Below are positions 48,661-61,306 of a stretch of DNA of 64,000 nt, one piece after another (position 1 is the first letter of the stretch; each line of letters opens with the position of its first letter). Source of the stretch: Anolis carolinensis (taxonomy: Eukaryota); assembly GCF_035594765.1 (NCBI RefSeq), contig NC_085842.1, forward strand, positions 16,468,782-16,532,781, read 5' to 3'. The notes under the pieces are model-generated. The model ran no database searches. It was given only the letters and a program-made list of their open reading frames with translations, and was not told the DNA's origin. The position numbers and the translations under genes were made by a program.

Positions 48661-50601
48661 CCCCAGTATGGATTCTTTGATGTCGTGTGAGGCTTGCCTT
48701 CAGTGTAAAACCCTTCCCACAATCCAAGCATTTGAATGGTTTTTCCCCAGTGTGTGTTGCTTGATGAGCAATTAGACATCTTTTCTCTTTAAAAGAGCTT
48801 TCACACTCTAAGCATTTAAAGGGTTTTTCCCCAGTGTGGATTCTTTCATGTTGTGTGAGGTTTGCCTTCAGTGTGAAGCCCTTCCCACAATCCAAGCATT
48901 TGAATGGTTTTTCCCCAGAGTGTGTTGCCTGATGAGCATTTAGACATGTTTTCTCTGTAAAAGAGCTTTCACACTCTGAGCATTTAAATGGTTTTTTCCC
49001 ACTGTGGATTCTTTGATGTCGTATGAGGCTTGCCTTCAGTGTGAAACCCTTCCCACAATCCAAGCATTTGAATGGTTTTTCCCCAGAGTGTGTTGCTTGA
49101 TGAGCAATTAGACATCTTTTCTCTGTAAAAGAGCTTTCACACTCTGAGCATTTAAAGGGTTTTTCCCCAGTGTGGATTCTGTGATGTCGTGTGAGGCTTG
49201 CCTTCAGTGTGAAGCCCTTCCCACAGTCCAAGCATTTGAATGGCTTTCCCCCAGCATGAGTAGCTTCATGATTGGTGAGACCTGTCTTCTGAGTGAAACC
49301 CATACCACACTCCACGCATTGAAAGGGTTTCTCCCGCAAGTGAATTGTTTGATGAGAAGTGAGATGTCCCTTCAGAATAAAAGACTTTGCACACTCCAAG
49401 CATTTAAATGGTCTTTCCCCAGAATGAATTGCTTGATGGTAAGTCAGATACATCTTGTGAATGAAGCCCTTTCCACACTCCAAGCATTTAAAAGGCTTCT
49501 CCCCAGTATGAGTAGCTTGATGATAGGTGAGATTTGTCTTCTGAGTGAAGCCCTTTCCACACTCCAAGCATTTAAATGGCTTCTCCCCAGAATGAATTGC
49601 TAAATGACGAGTCAGGCTTATCTTGTGAATGAAGCCCTTTCCACACTCCAAGCATTTAAATGCCTTCTCCCCAGTATGGGTACCTTGATGAATGGTGAGG
49701 CTTATCTTCTGAGTGAAACACTTTCCACACTCCAAGCATTTAAAAGGCTTCTCCCCAGTATGGGTAGCTTGATGATAGGTAAGGCCTAACTTCTGAATGA
49801 AGCCCTTCCCACACTCCAAGCATTTAAATGGCTTCTCCCCTGTATGAGTAGTTTGATGAGACGTGAAGCTTATCTTGTGAATGAAGCCCTTTCCACACGC
49901 CAAGCATTTAAATGGCTTCTCCCCAGTATGTGTAGCCTGGTGATCGGTAAGGGCTGTCTTCTGAGTGAAACTCTTTCCACACTCCAAGCATTTAAAAGGC
50001 TTCTCCCCAGTATGGGTAGCTTGATGACGAGTCAGGCATATCTTCTGTATGAAGCCCTTTCCACAATCCAAGCATTTGAATGGCTTCTCCCCAGTATGGG
50101 TAGCTTGATGATAGGTGAGGCTTATCTTCTGAGTGAAACTCTTCCCACACTCCAAGCATTTAAATGGCTTCTCCCCAGTATGGGTAGCTTGATGATAGGT
50201 GAGATTTGTCTTCTGTTTGAAGCCCTTTCCACACTCAAAGCATTTAAATGGCTTCTCCCCAGTATGAATTGCTAAATGACGAGTCAGGCTTATCTTGTGA
50301 ATGAAGCCCTTTCCACACTCCAAGCATTTAAATGGCTTCTCCCTAGTATGAGTAGCTTGATGATAGGTGAGGCTTGTCTTCTGAACGAAGCCCTTTCCAC
50401 ACTCCAAGCATTTGAACTTTTTCTCTCCAGTGTGCATTGCTTCATGACGAGCAGTGCTTTTCTTATTAGGGAAACATTTTCCGCACTCCAAGCACTTAAA
50501 GGGCTTCCTCTTAGTGTACGTTGCTTGCTGACCAGAAAGGCCCAGCTCCTTGTTGTCTCCACAGTCCCAGTATTGAGATGATTCCCCTTCTCTGTGAGTT
50601 T
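48647..50601 (-). CDS. Gene 4: C2H2 zinc-finger exon (22 fingers)
   Basis: phase-1 acceptor tgtcaag|; spliced CDS 2868 nt, ~955 aa. Confidence 0.9.
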
Positions 50602-51299
50602 CTTGACAACAAAGAAAGAGAACACATATTAAAAAAAACAAAAATAGATATCATTAAAGTGCTCACAAGAACTTTAGGTAATCAATCCCTTTCTCTTACT
50701 TCAAGAGTTTTCTTGTACACTTATCTCAGAATCTACTTTCTTGTAACTTCCAACTATCAGACCTGGATGTATCCTCTTTTGCAAGACTAAATGCTAACTT
50801 CCTGAGGTAGCAAACCATAAAATCATGTAGAAGATACCACTTTCCCCAAGGCTCGGGTGGGTGAAACCATGGATATGAATATACAGGGCACATGCTATAG
50901 TTAACAGTTGAGCTGATTAACTGTGAAAAAAGAGTGCCTATTTCTGCATTTTCGGAAAGGTATTTCCAATAATAAACCAATTTACAAACAAGCAGTTCTT
51001 GTTGACTCAAAAACAGAACTGCTTCCCGTATTTTGTGACAACTCTGAGGGATTGCAGCCTAAAGATCTAAGTATTTTTGGGTTTTTGTTGTTGTATGATT
51101 GTTAATTTGTTTTGTATCAAAAACACTGCATAAATATAACACTTAAAAAAATAGAGGAAACACAAGCGGCTAGACAATTTTTGACCAAACATGGACAACA
51201 GCTAATAGATTGCTGATTGCCAATAGATGAGCATTAGAAAAGAAGGTGGACGACAAGAGTGGTTTGAACTTTGGGCTATGGATCTTCTAGACACTTATT

Positions 51300-53666
51300 T
51301 GTTGGAAATAGCAACCTTCTACAAGCCTCCTATACTAGTTATTTGTTATGTGTATAATTGAGATTGCTTACTATATTGTATGCATATATTGGTATGCAGT
51401 TTTCCCCTTAACTCTATGTTGTTTGAAGGTTGTGGGAGGGACTACAGACCATGTGACCAGATCTGGACTATTCAAACTGAGACTCCATTTTAGAAGTCAG
51501 TATGCTTCAGTTTGAGTTAGTATGTAGTATGCTTCAATATGTAGTTTAGCAAAGCACGCGATAGTATGTAGTTGACTACAGTATGTTGCAGGGAGTAGTC
51601 AGTTTATACTGAGTCTGTGTTCAGTAATGTATTAAACTGAAGAAAGTGTTAATCTGTACGCAAAAGGGAAGAGACTGAAACAGAATGCTTATAGAACAGA
51701 CTGTTTAAACTCTGAACCAATAAGCAGTGTACCTGTATACTGAATACATTATGTTTGTAAGTAAATCAACTCTGCAAGGAGAAGATGGGGTGATGGCGAC
51801 AGGGGACAGGGAAAAGGCAGAACTGCTCATTGCCTTCTTTGCCTCGGTCTTCTCACAAAAAGAAAGCCATCTTCAACCTCAGCAACATGGAATGGACGAA
51901 GGATTGGGGGAAATCCCACCTCAAATAGGGAAACAAGTTGTCCAGGAACACCTGGCCTCTCTAAACGAATTCAAGTCCCCAGGGCCAGATCAGCTACATC
52001 CAAGAGTATTGAAGGAATTAGCGGAAGTTATTTCAGAACCACTAGCAATTATCTTCGAGAGTTCTTGGAGAACGGGAGAAGTCCCAGCAGATTGGAGGAG
52101 GGCGAATGTGGTCCCTATCTTCAAGAAGGGAAAAAAGAACGACCCAAACAATTACCGTCCGGTCAGCCTCACATCGATACCAGGCAAGATTCTGGAAAAG
52201 ATCATCAAGGAAGTGGTCTGCGAACACTTAGAAACAAATGCGGTCATTGCTAATAGTCAACACGGATTTACCAAAAACAAGTCATGCCAGACTAATCTGA
52301 TCTCTTTTTTCGATAGAGTTACGAGTTGGGTCGATACAGGGAATGCTGTGGATGTAGCCTACCTGGATTTCAGTAAGGCCTTCGACAAAGTCCCCCACGA
52401 CCTTCTGGCAAATAAACTAGTTAAATGTGGGCTAGACAAAACTACGGTTAGGTGGATCTGTAATTGGCTAAGCGAACGAACCCAAAGGGTGCTCACCAAT
52501 GCGTCGTCTTCATCATGGAAAGAAGTGACAAGTGGAGTGCCTCAGGGCTCCGTCCTGGGCCCGGTTCTGTTCAACATCTTTATTAACGACTTAGACAAAG
52601 GGTTAGAAGGCACGATCATCAAGTTTGCAGACGACACCAAACTGGGAGGGATAGCCAACACCCCAGAAGACAGAAGCAGAATTCAAAACGATCTTGACAG
52701 ACTAGAGAGATGGGCCGAAACTAACAAAATGAAGTTCAACAGGGACAAATGCAAGATACTTCATTTCGGCAGAAAAAATGGAAATCAAAGATACAGAATG
52801 GGGGACGCCTGGCTTGACAGCAGTGTGTGCGAAAAAGACCTTGGAGTCCTCGTGGACAACAAGTTAAACATGAGCCAACAATGTGATGCAGCAGCTAAAA
52901 AAGCCAACGGGATTCTGGCCTGCATAAATAGGGGTATAGCGTCTAGATCCAGGGAAGTCATGCTCCCCCTCTATTCTGCCTTGGTCAGACCACACCTGGA
53001 ATACTGTGTCCAATTTTGGGCACCACAGTTGAAGGGAGATGTTGACAAGCTGGAAAGCGTCCAGAGGAGGGCGACTAAAATGATTAAAGGTCTGGAGAAC
53101 AAGCCCTATGAGGAGTGGCTTAAAGAGCTTGGCATGTTTAGCCTGCAGAAGAGAAGGCTGAGAGGAGACATGATAGCCATGTACAAATACGTGAAGGGAA
53201 GTCATAGGGAGGAGGGAGCAAGCTTGTTTTCTGCTGCCCTGCAGACCAGGACACGGAACAATGGCTTCAAACTACAGGAAAGGAGATTCCACCTGAACAT
53301 CAGGAAGAACTTCCTCACTGTGAGGGCTGTTCGACAGTGGAACTCTCTCCCCCGGGCTGTGGTGGAGGCTCCTTCCTTGGAGGCTTTTAAGCAGAGGCTG
53401 GATGGCCATCTGTCAGGGGTGCTTTGAATGCGATTTCCTGCTTCTTGGCAGGGGGTTGGACTGGATGGCCCATGAGGTTTCTTCCAACTCTACTATTCTA
53501 TGATTCTATGTTAACTTTTAACAAAGACTACGTATTTTTGGTCTACTGATAGCATGATTTAAAAGAAACATATTTTATGGAAAAGTAGATGTCTTTGGGC
53601 AACTGAAGTAACACTTCTGAAGATCTGCTATATGTTTTATTCATTGGCGTATCCTTATTCCTAACA
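51300..53666. mobile_element. Possible LTR (TGTT...AACA) interrupted by CR1
   Basis: tgttggaaata / tattcctaaca inverted ends, absent from gene 3 intron; no TSD found. Confidence 0.4.
51770..53510 (+). mobile_element. CR1 LINE, 5'-truncated, intact RT frame
   Basis: RT motifs; almost identical to 28743-30297; attctatg tail. Confidence 0.93.
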
Positions 53667-54005
53667 CTTCAAAGAGATAACCAGGAATATCAGTTTACCA
53701 ATGAAGAAACCTAAATTTCCTTGCATGAATACTAGTGGATATTTACCACTAAGGAGAAGATTGAGTCAAGCAAATTTTTAACTCTTCTCGGGAAGATCAT
53801 ACTTTATGATTATTCCAAATAGTGTGAATGCCAATTAAAATCCAAAAAGGATCACACTTCAAAATGGCTATGATGATTCTGGTTTTACAAAAGTTCTCAA
53901 AAAGGTCATGCCTTTCAAAAGGCTATGATTTCAAAAAATATTTGATTCCCTGCTCAGTCGTGGAAACCTACTGGGTGTCCTTGGGCGAATCACACAATAT
54001 CACAT

Positions 54006-54735
54006 AATCCTGACAAGACAGAGGTCCTCCAGGTCAGTAGCTCGGCTGATCGGGGCATAGGGTGGCAACCTGTGCTCGACGGGGTCGCAGTCCCCCTTAA
54101 GACGCAGGTCCGCAGCTTGGGGGTCCTCCTGGATTCAGCGCTGACGCTTGAGGCTGAGGTGTCGGCAGTAGCCAGGAGGGCCTTTGCACAGTTAAAGATT
54201 GTGCGCCAGCTGCGACCGTACCTAGTGAGGTCTGACTTGGCCATGGTGGTCAATGCCTTAGTTACCTCCAGGTTGGATTACTGCAATGCACTCTACGTGG
54301 GGCTGCCTTTGAAGACGGTTCGGAAACTACAGTTGGTACAAAGATCAGCGGACAGATTAATAACGGGAGCAAGTTATAAAGAGTGGTCAACTCTCTTGTT
54401 TAAACAGCTCCACTGGCTACGGATAAGTTTCCGGGCCCAATTCATGGTGCAGGTTATCACCTATAAATGCTTAAACGGTTCAGGACTTGCCTATCTCCGC
54501 GATCACCTCCTCCCCTATGAACCTACGCGGACCCTAAGATCATCCAGGGAGGCGCTTCTCTCGCTCCCGCCTTTGTCTCAAATGCAGCTGGTGGGGACGA
54601 GGGAGAGGGCCTTCTCGGCAATGGCCCCGCGGCTCTGGAACTCTCTCCCTAGGGAGATCAGATTGGCTCCCTCTTTGCCCATCTTTCGCCAGGAACTGAA
54701 AACGTGGATGTTCCGGTGTGCATTTGAATGAATAG
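54006..54735 (+). mobile_element. L2 LINE ORF2 C-terminal fragment (open frame)
   Basis: NPDKTEVL...ALVTSRLDYCNALYVGLP...RAFSAMAPRLWNSLP. Confidence 0.85.
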
Positions 54736-54874
54736 GCCCTTCAGACTTGTCTTCATACTGTTATTGGTTATGTTTACAAATGGTACATTCAGTGTTATTT
54801 TATCCTGCTATGAACCTATGCTAAGCCTGGTGAGTTCTCTCCCCCCCCCCCTTTTAAGTGGCATTATGCAGCTA

Positions 54875-55195
54875 CAGTAGAGTCTCACTTATCCAAGATA
54901 AACGGGCCAGCAGAACATTGGATAAGCGAAAGTCTTGGATAATAAGGAGGGATTAAGAAAAAAGCCTATTAAACACAAAATTACATTATGATTTTACAAA
55001 TTAGGCACCAAAACATCATGTTTTACAAGAAACTGACAGAAAAGTCAGTTCAATACACAGTAAAGTTATGTAGTAATTACTGTATTTATGAATTTAGCAT
55101 CAAAACATTGCAACATTGCAACTACAAAAACAATGACTACTAAAAGGCAGACTGACTTGGATAATACAGAACCTTGGATAAGTGAGACTCTACTG
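54875..55195. mobile_element. Tc1/mariner-type MITE
   Basis: both TIRs and TA flanks. Confidence 0.82.
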
Positions 55196-55249
55196 TATGT
55201 CATTCTGTTACTAATACTTTTTTTATATATATAAAAGAGGGAGCCTTAC

Positions 55250-55370
55250 TTAGAGAGGACACAGTCTCCATATTTTCCTTCATGACTTGTTGATGCAAGG
55301 CCCTTTGGTCCGGATCCAGCAGGGCCCACTCCTCCTCACTGAAAGACACGGTCACTTCTTGGAAGGTCAC
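55250..55370 (-). CDS. Gene 4: KRAB-A exon
   Basis: VTFQEVTVSFSEEEWALLDPDQRALHQQVMKENMETVSSL, 121 nt. Confidence 0.88.
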
Positions 55371-55513
55371 CTGGACAAAGAAACATTCTTGGTAAACATG
55401 AAACACTGACCCCAGCAGGTGGCCGATAGAGATATCCATATTTACACAGGGACTTGGCTGCAAGCATTTTGGATGGCATGATTTTAATATTGAATGTAAC
55501 GTTTATATATACA

Positions 55514-55981
55514 CAGTAGAGTCCCACTTATCTGACACACCGTATTATCCGACGCCCTGACCCCCGAGGCTATCCTCCCCTCCTCACTCGCTCACTCACT
55601 CACTCACCAGGCCGGATCCAGGTGCTGCCAGGACCTGGCCTGGTGAGTGAGTGAGTGAGCAAGGCATGGAGGGTGGGCGAGTGAAGGAGGACAGGAAAAG
55701 CCATCCCTTGCTCACTCACTCACTAACCAGGCAGGGTCCCGCTGCTGCTGGGACTCGGCCTAGTCAGTGAGCGAGGGACGGAGGGTGGGTAAGTGAAGGA
55801 GGGAGGCAAAGGCCCTCCCTCACGCGCTCACTCACTTACTTACTCACCAGGCCTGGTGCTGGTGCTTCTGTTGCTGCTGCCAGGACCCAGCCTGGTGAGT
55901 GAGCAAGGGAGGGCGAGCGGGCACCCATCCTGTTATCCGGCAGTATCGCTTACCCGACATTCTGCCCGCCAGACTCTACTG
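55514..55981. mobile_element. Tc1-TIR element with GC-rich (TCAC)n/(GTGA)n hairpin interior
   Basis: cagtagagtc / gactctactg ends; interior unrelated to the other MITEs. Confidence 0.6.
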
Positions 55982-56234
55982 TCCCACTGGGGGAGAAGAG
56001 CGGTATAGAAATTAAATAAATAAATAAATAAATAAATATTATTAAATTCATTTGTGTTTAAGCTTACTGTTTGTATGTGTTTCAAGGAATTGAATAATTG
56101 CCATAATATAAGCCACCTGAGTCCCCTTCGGGGTAGAAAAAGGCAGGGTATAAATAGGGTAAATAAATAAATAAGTAATTAAAATGGAAAGAGGGGAGAG
56201 CCCTTCTTGGTCCATAAGGGATTCTATCACCTAC

Positions 56235-56314
56235 CTGATCTGGTGTCATAGAATGTGTGTTGCATTCATCAAAAGGAAGATGGAAGCCAGTATGTGCTGG
56301 TTCTGATTCAACTC
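56235..56314 (-). CDS. Gene 4: linker exon 3
   Basis: 80 nt, open (VESEPAHTGFHLPFDECNTHSMTPDQ), canonical splice sites. Confidence 0.72.
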
Positions 56315-57078
56315 CTGTAGGAATAGAAAAGACAAGGGTATCTTAACTGGCCATGGTCTATATTTCTGGTAGTATCATTTTCCCAATAGTAAGAGCGGTT
56401 CAACAATGGAGTATGCTGTGACCTGTGAGTGTGATGGAGTCTCTCTCTGGAAGTTTTTACACAGAGGCAGGATGGCCATCCATTAGGAGTGCTTTGAATG
56501 TGTATCCCTGCATGGAAGGGAGCTGGGACTGGATTCCCCTTGTGGGCTCTTCCAACTCTAGGATTCCGTTATTTTATGATTCTATTATTCAATCATGGAA
56601 GGCACAGCCCTGTGATGGCACAACCTGAGTGCCTGGGAAGAGTAAGGCATTGTTGTTGTTGTTGTTGGTGAGTGCCTCCAGGCCAACTTTGACTGACGGT
56701 AATGCTATGATGAGGGACCTCCAAGCCAGGTCTGTTCAGGTCGTGGCGATTCAGGACAGCCAAGGCTCCCTTGGTGGAGTTCATCCTCCTACAGTCCAAT
56801 CTCTCTCTTTTCTTGCTGCCTTCTCTTTTAATAAAACTTACTGTCTTTTCTAGTGAGCCCTGTGTAATCATGATATGGCCACATTTCAACCATATCAGTT
56901 CAGACATCTTGGCTTCTCGTAGGAATTAAAGCTTGATTTTCTCTAGGACCCGTATATCTGCCTTTTTAGCAGATGGCATCCACGAAACTCTCCTCTAGCA
57001 CATTTCTTCACTTTCTTCACTGTATAGCTTTCACAGTCATACATAGAAAGGGGTACCTTGTGGCCTCTAATGTAGTCA

Positions 57079-57124
<46 letters not shown>

Positions 57125-58085
57125 GCGACATTTATATCCCACCCTTCTCACCCCAAAGGGGACTCAAAGCCACTATGAGAGCAGTTGACATCAGCAACAA
57201 CCTCTGGCCTGGATACTTCAGCCCTTTTATACACCCTGATCCCCATTGTGCTCTTTGAGAAATTTATCCTCCTCCTGCTTTTTGGTGGATATTGGGGAGA
57301 GAAACTTGTATCTAACCCATCTAACCCAACCTAAAAATAGGTTCTCACTATGGGAATAGCATAGTAATATGGATAGCAATATGACATTCTTTCAGCATAT
57401 TCCCCTCTTAACCTTCTGTTCTCCAGGCTAAGCATACATGGCTCCCTAAGCTGCCCCTCGTAGGGATTCATAATATCCAGATCTATGACCACTTTGGTCA
57501 TCTTTGTCCAGGGACAGCCACAGAGCCCTGTTGTTGTTTTAATTAATTCGTTTTTGAAAGGAAGTGCTTGGGGAGAAATAAGAAACGTTTAGGTTTGCAG
57601 CCGGACTTTTTCTCTGGTTTGCTACGAGCAGTGGCAATGGGAACAGACTGGGAGTAGGCGACAGCAGTGGAGAGGATGAACAGCCACAACACACCCACCA
57701 CATATGTCTGTGGCTTCAAAGTCACTGCACATTATCACATGGCTGAGATTGCTTTGGAAGACTTACTTAATGCATGTCGAGCAGCCCTAATTTTGAAAAA
57801 GAGCTACTTAAGCACAACATGAAGATTGGTTTGCAGGGGGTTTATGGTGCTGTCCTGTAAAGCTAGCCACCGTCAAACACAGTTCACCTCCCTAGGCACT
57901 ACATTCCTAATGATGCAGCCAAAAATACATTGTTATTTAAGCTTCTTGATTATACTGTTTACTCATGTTCAGTAGAACCTGTGTATCCAAAAGCTCCTAG
58001 ATCCCTTTCATACATATATATGTTCACTGAGCCACAGACTCAAAAGGAGTGGAGTAAAGCCATCCAAGTATGCATGGGTATTTAC

Positions 58086-58191
58086 TTGTGAAGCTGGGTA
58101 ATTCCTTTTGTTTGGCACAATCCAGTATCCGGCTAGAGGTGGAGGGGGGCCTTTCCAATGCGGTGGCCACTTCTGCCCACAAGTCCGCCAC
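58086..58191 (-). CDS. Gene 4: linker exon 2
   Basis: 106 nt, VADLWAEVATALERPPSTSSRILDCAKQKELPSFT. Confidence 0.72.
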
Positions 58192-58328
58192 CTGAAAAAA
58201 CACCAAAGGGACACAGATTAAAAAATGATAAGAAAACAAGGGAAAGAGGCGAGGGAGGGCTCTGGAGTTTGGCTTCCTTCATAATGTGTCACTACCTCCT
58301 TGAAAGCGTGGGGAGAAGATTCTCTCAC

Positions 58329-58934
58329 CTGTTGCTCCTTCTCCGTCTCCTCTTCTGCCTGACTCAGGAGGAATCCTTCAGCCAAAGCCACGGCCTGGGA
58401 ACTGGTCTCTGCCCCACATTCCCTCACCCAGCGCTCCATCTCTGCAGGAAGGACGGCCAGGAACTGCTCCAGGAGCACCAGGTCCAGCATCTCCGCCTTT
58501 GTATGTTTCTCAGGCTTCAGCCACAGGCGGCAGAGAGAGTGGAGGCGGCTGCAAACCTCTCGGGGCCCCAAAGCCTCCTTGTAGTTGAACTGCCTGAAGC
58601 TCTGGCTTGGCGCTGCCTCTGAAGGTGGGCTGTCTCCCAGCAGCCCCTTCCCCAAAAGGCCTCCTTCCCAGAATTGCCCTCCATTCCCAGCAGGAAAGGC
58701 AGGAGGGTCCGTGCTTGGCTCAGGGTCTAAGGCTTCTTGCTTTCCCACCTGCCCTGTGTCCTTGCAGCCAGGCTCCAGCCTGGGCAGAAGAGCCATCTCC
58801 CTCTTGGGAAGGCACACTCTCTCCTCCTCCACAAACCCTGCAAGGCTCATCCACTCACTCCTCCTCCTCCAGGAAGATTCCCACATGGCCAGAAGAGGAG
58901 GGACCTCGCCTGCAGGAGGCTTAGCATTGGCCAT
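58329..58934 (-). CDS. Gene 4: SCAN-domain exon
   Basis: ATG 58934, SCAN motif, 606 nt, CAG|gtgaga. Confidence 0.86.
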
Positions 58935-59624
58935 TGACTTCCCTTCTAGGAATACACATCATTTGCTTTAACTCTTCGGAAGCCAACTAGCAAAACCTCC
59001 CTCTAAAAGACATGGGAAGATGCTGCTTTCAAGGCATTTCCCCAGGAACAGGAGAGGGTTTGAATAACTTAAAGCAGCAGTTCCCAAACTCAGGTCCTTT
59101 GGATGTTTGGACTTTAATCACACAATCCGTAATCCTTGGCCAAGGAAGAGGTGGCTTCTGGGAGTTGGAAACCAAAACATCCCAGAATCCCATACACTGA
59201 CTAATGGTACTCTGTGTTATCAGACAGCTTACCTGCTTAAGGTATAGGACTATGCTGGGGCCCTAGACTTTAGTCCCCAAATGCTTTTAGAGCTGCAAAA
59301 GGAAACCACAGACAAATCAAATCAAGTTCAGCTGCTAGAACCGACCATTGTGGTGGCCTTTCTATGAACATATTATAGGTGGCCGGGGTGGATTACATAA
59401 ATAAAGTTTCACACAGGAACCAAGGTGACATTTGGGAGGTCCTCATGCAGAACCGCAGTAGCAGTTGAAGCGGATGAGTTTATTTTTGAAGAACCTTAGG
59501 TTGCAAAGAATGAAGATGCCAAATTTGGAAGATAAGAGCAGAGACAGATCGTTTTATTTCTTGTAACTTTAACAAAGTTCAAATCAATATCATCTAACGG
59601 CAATAGTCCACTCAAAAATATTGA

Positions 59625-60385
59625 TCTTGTTATTCAGGCTGTGCGGGCATGTTCCAGTAGCATTTTCTTCTGACCTTTTGTCTGCATCTGTGACTGGCAT
59701 CCTCAGAGGTTTGTTCAGAGTTCTGTTGGAAATGAGCCAAGTGGGGTGTATATATATATATACCTGTGGACTGTACAGGGTGGGAGAAGGAACACCTGTC
59801 TGTTTCAAGAAAGTGTGCATGTTGCAGTTAGCAAGCTTGAATAGCACTGAGTAGCCCTGGAGTGTGCTAAGTCAACCACTTAGGGTATTTGCATAGAGCT
59901 ATCCTTGTCTTCATTGCCTGGAGGCATCCTCTGTTGGGGAGGGGGTGTTTATTGCCATTTGTTTGCTGTCTGGAATTCCTGTTTCTGAGTGGTGTTCGTT
60001 ATTTACTGTTTTGATTCTGGTGTTTTTAAATGTTGGCAACCAGATTTTGTGCATTTTCAGAGTCTCCTCCTTTCTGTTTAAATTGTCCACGTGCTTGTGG
60101 ATTTCAGAGGCTTCTCTGTATAGCCTGCGATTATGGTTGCCAGAGTGGTCCAGCATTTCTGTGTTCTCAAGTAATATTCTGTTCCCCAGGTTGGTTCCTC
60201 AAGTGCTCAAGTCCTACATAGGTGGCCCCTATGTAGACTTCTTATCCACTGGTGCATGCTAAACGGAGATTCCTCCAGTGGTTAGAGGACCCCTCTTATC
60301 CTCTGCTGAACGTGGCATTTATTGAATATTCTTGGTGGGTCTGCATTGATCTTCCCACAAAACCCTGCAAGGGCTTCAGTCATTG
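59625..60385 (-). mobile_element. Penelope remnant paralogous to 34840-35760
   Basis: LYREASEIHKHVDNLNRKEE; same position within the duplicated unit. Confidence 0.72.
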
Positions 60386-61306
60386 ATTGCTGGGAGGGGT
60401 CTCTCCTGGTCAAAGGAAGTCTACTTCCATGAGACTTTTGTCTTCAGGCAGTCATTCTTGAAGTGTAAAGAGTGGCGACCACATTAATTCACACTAAGCA
60501 TGTCATATGGCTAGAACTGTGTCCATTCCTTTCCTTTCGGGAAGTCAGCTGAGAGGGGGGGAGAGGGGTGTCATCTCACTTTATACTTGAAGAATGACGG
60601 GCTGAAAAGGAGAGCCTCATGGAAGTGCCGTAAAACCTAACCATTCATACAGGAATGTTATGGGGAAATGCAAATACACAGATAAAGCCCTCCAGAGCAG
60701 TGTGCATTTATTTACATTGAAGCAGAACAATTACAACTTCTATCCAGTGAGTACATCAGCCTAAGCTGCAAGCCTCCTCCCCTCCAAATTTCAACCAGTA
60801 ATATGGTGAAGAATTGCAGTTTCATCCAGATTTGGGTAAGAATACGTCCATCACTTGTCATGAAAACTCATTAGACCTTTTCTCCTAGCATGACTTGAAT
60901 TACTCATTGATTAGATGGGAGGCTCAGCAATCATCAAAGGATGCAAAAGAGGAGCACATCAGTTGTATCATGGCTGAGCAGGGAGAGAAAGGGAGAAGGT
61001 TCTTAAAGCAATCTAAAAAGTATAAGGAAGGTTGAGAATATTAAATATTAATATTAAAATATGCATAGACATAATCAGCAACAACAGCCGTCGCAGCAGT
61101 TCAGCAAATCAGAAGCTTCTGGTGCAAGCAATAGAGCGACTGAGCTTAAACAATTGAGGAACAGAGTCAAACTTACAAAGACTTTATTCAAAGAACATAA
61201 GTAGGAAACTAACAGGGCTTAGCTATCCATCTAACACACAGCGGACATCTTCCCATGCTGATAGAAGAGCAAAGGGAACAGTTGTTTTGCGTCTCCTTTG
61301 TGAATA

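Noticed and set aside
48298-50505. Regular 84-bp repeats as a CRISPR-like array
   Set aside because: They are C2H2 finger codons in a vertebrate gene.
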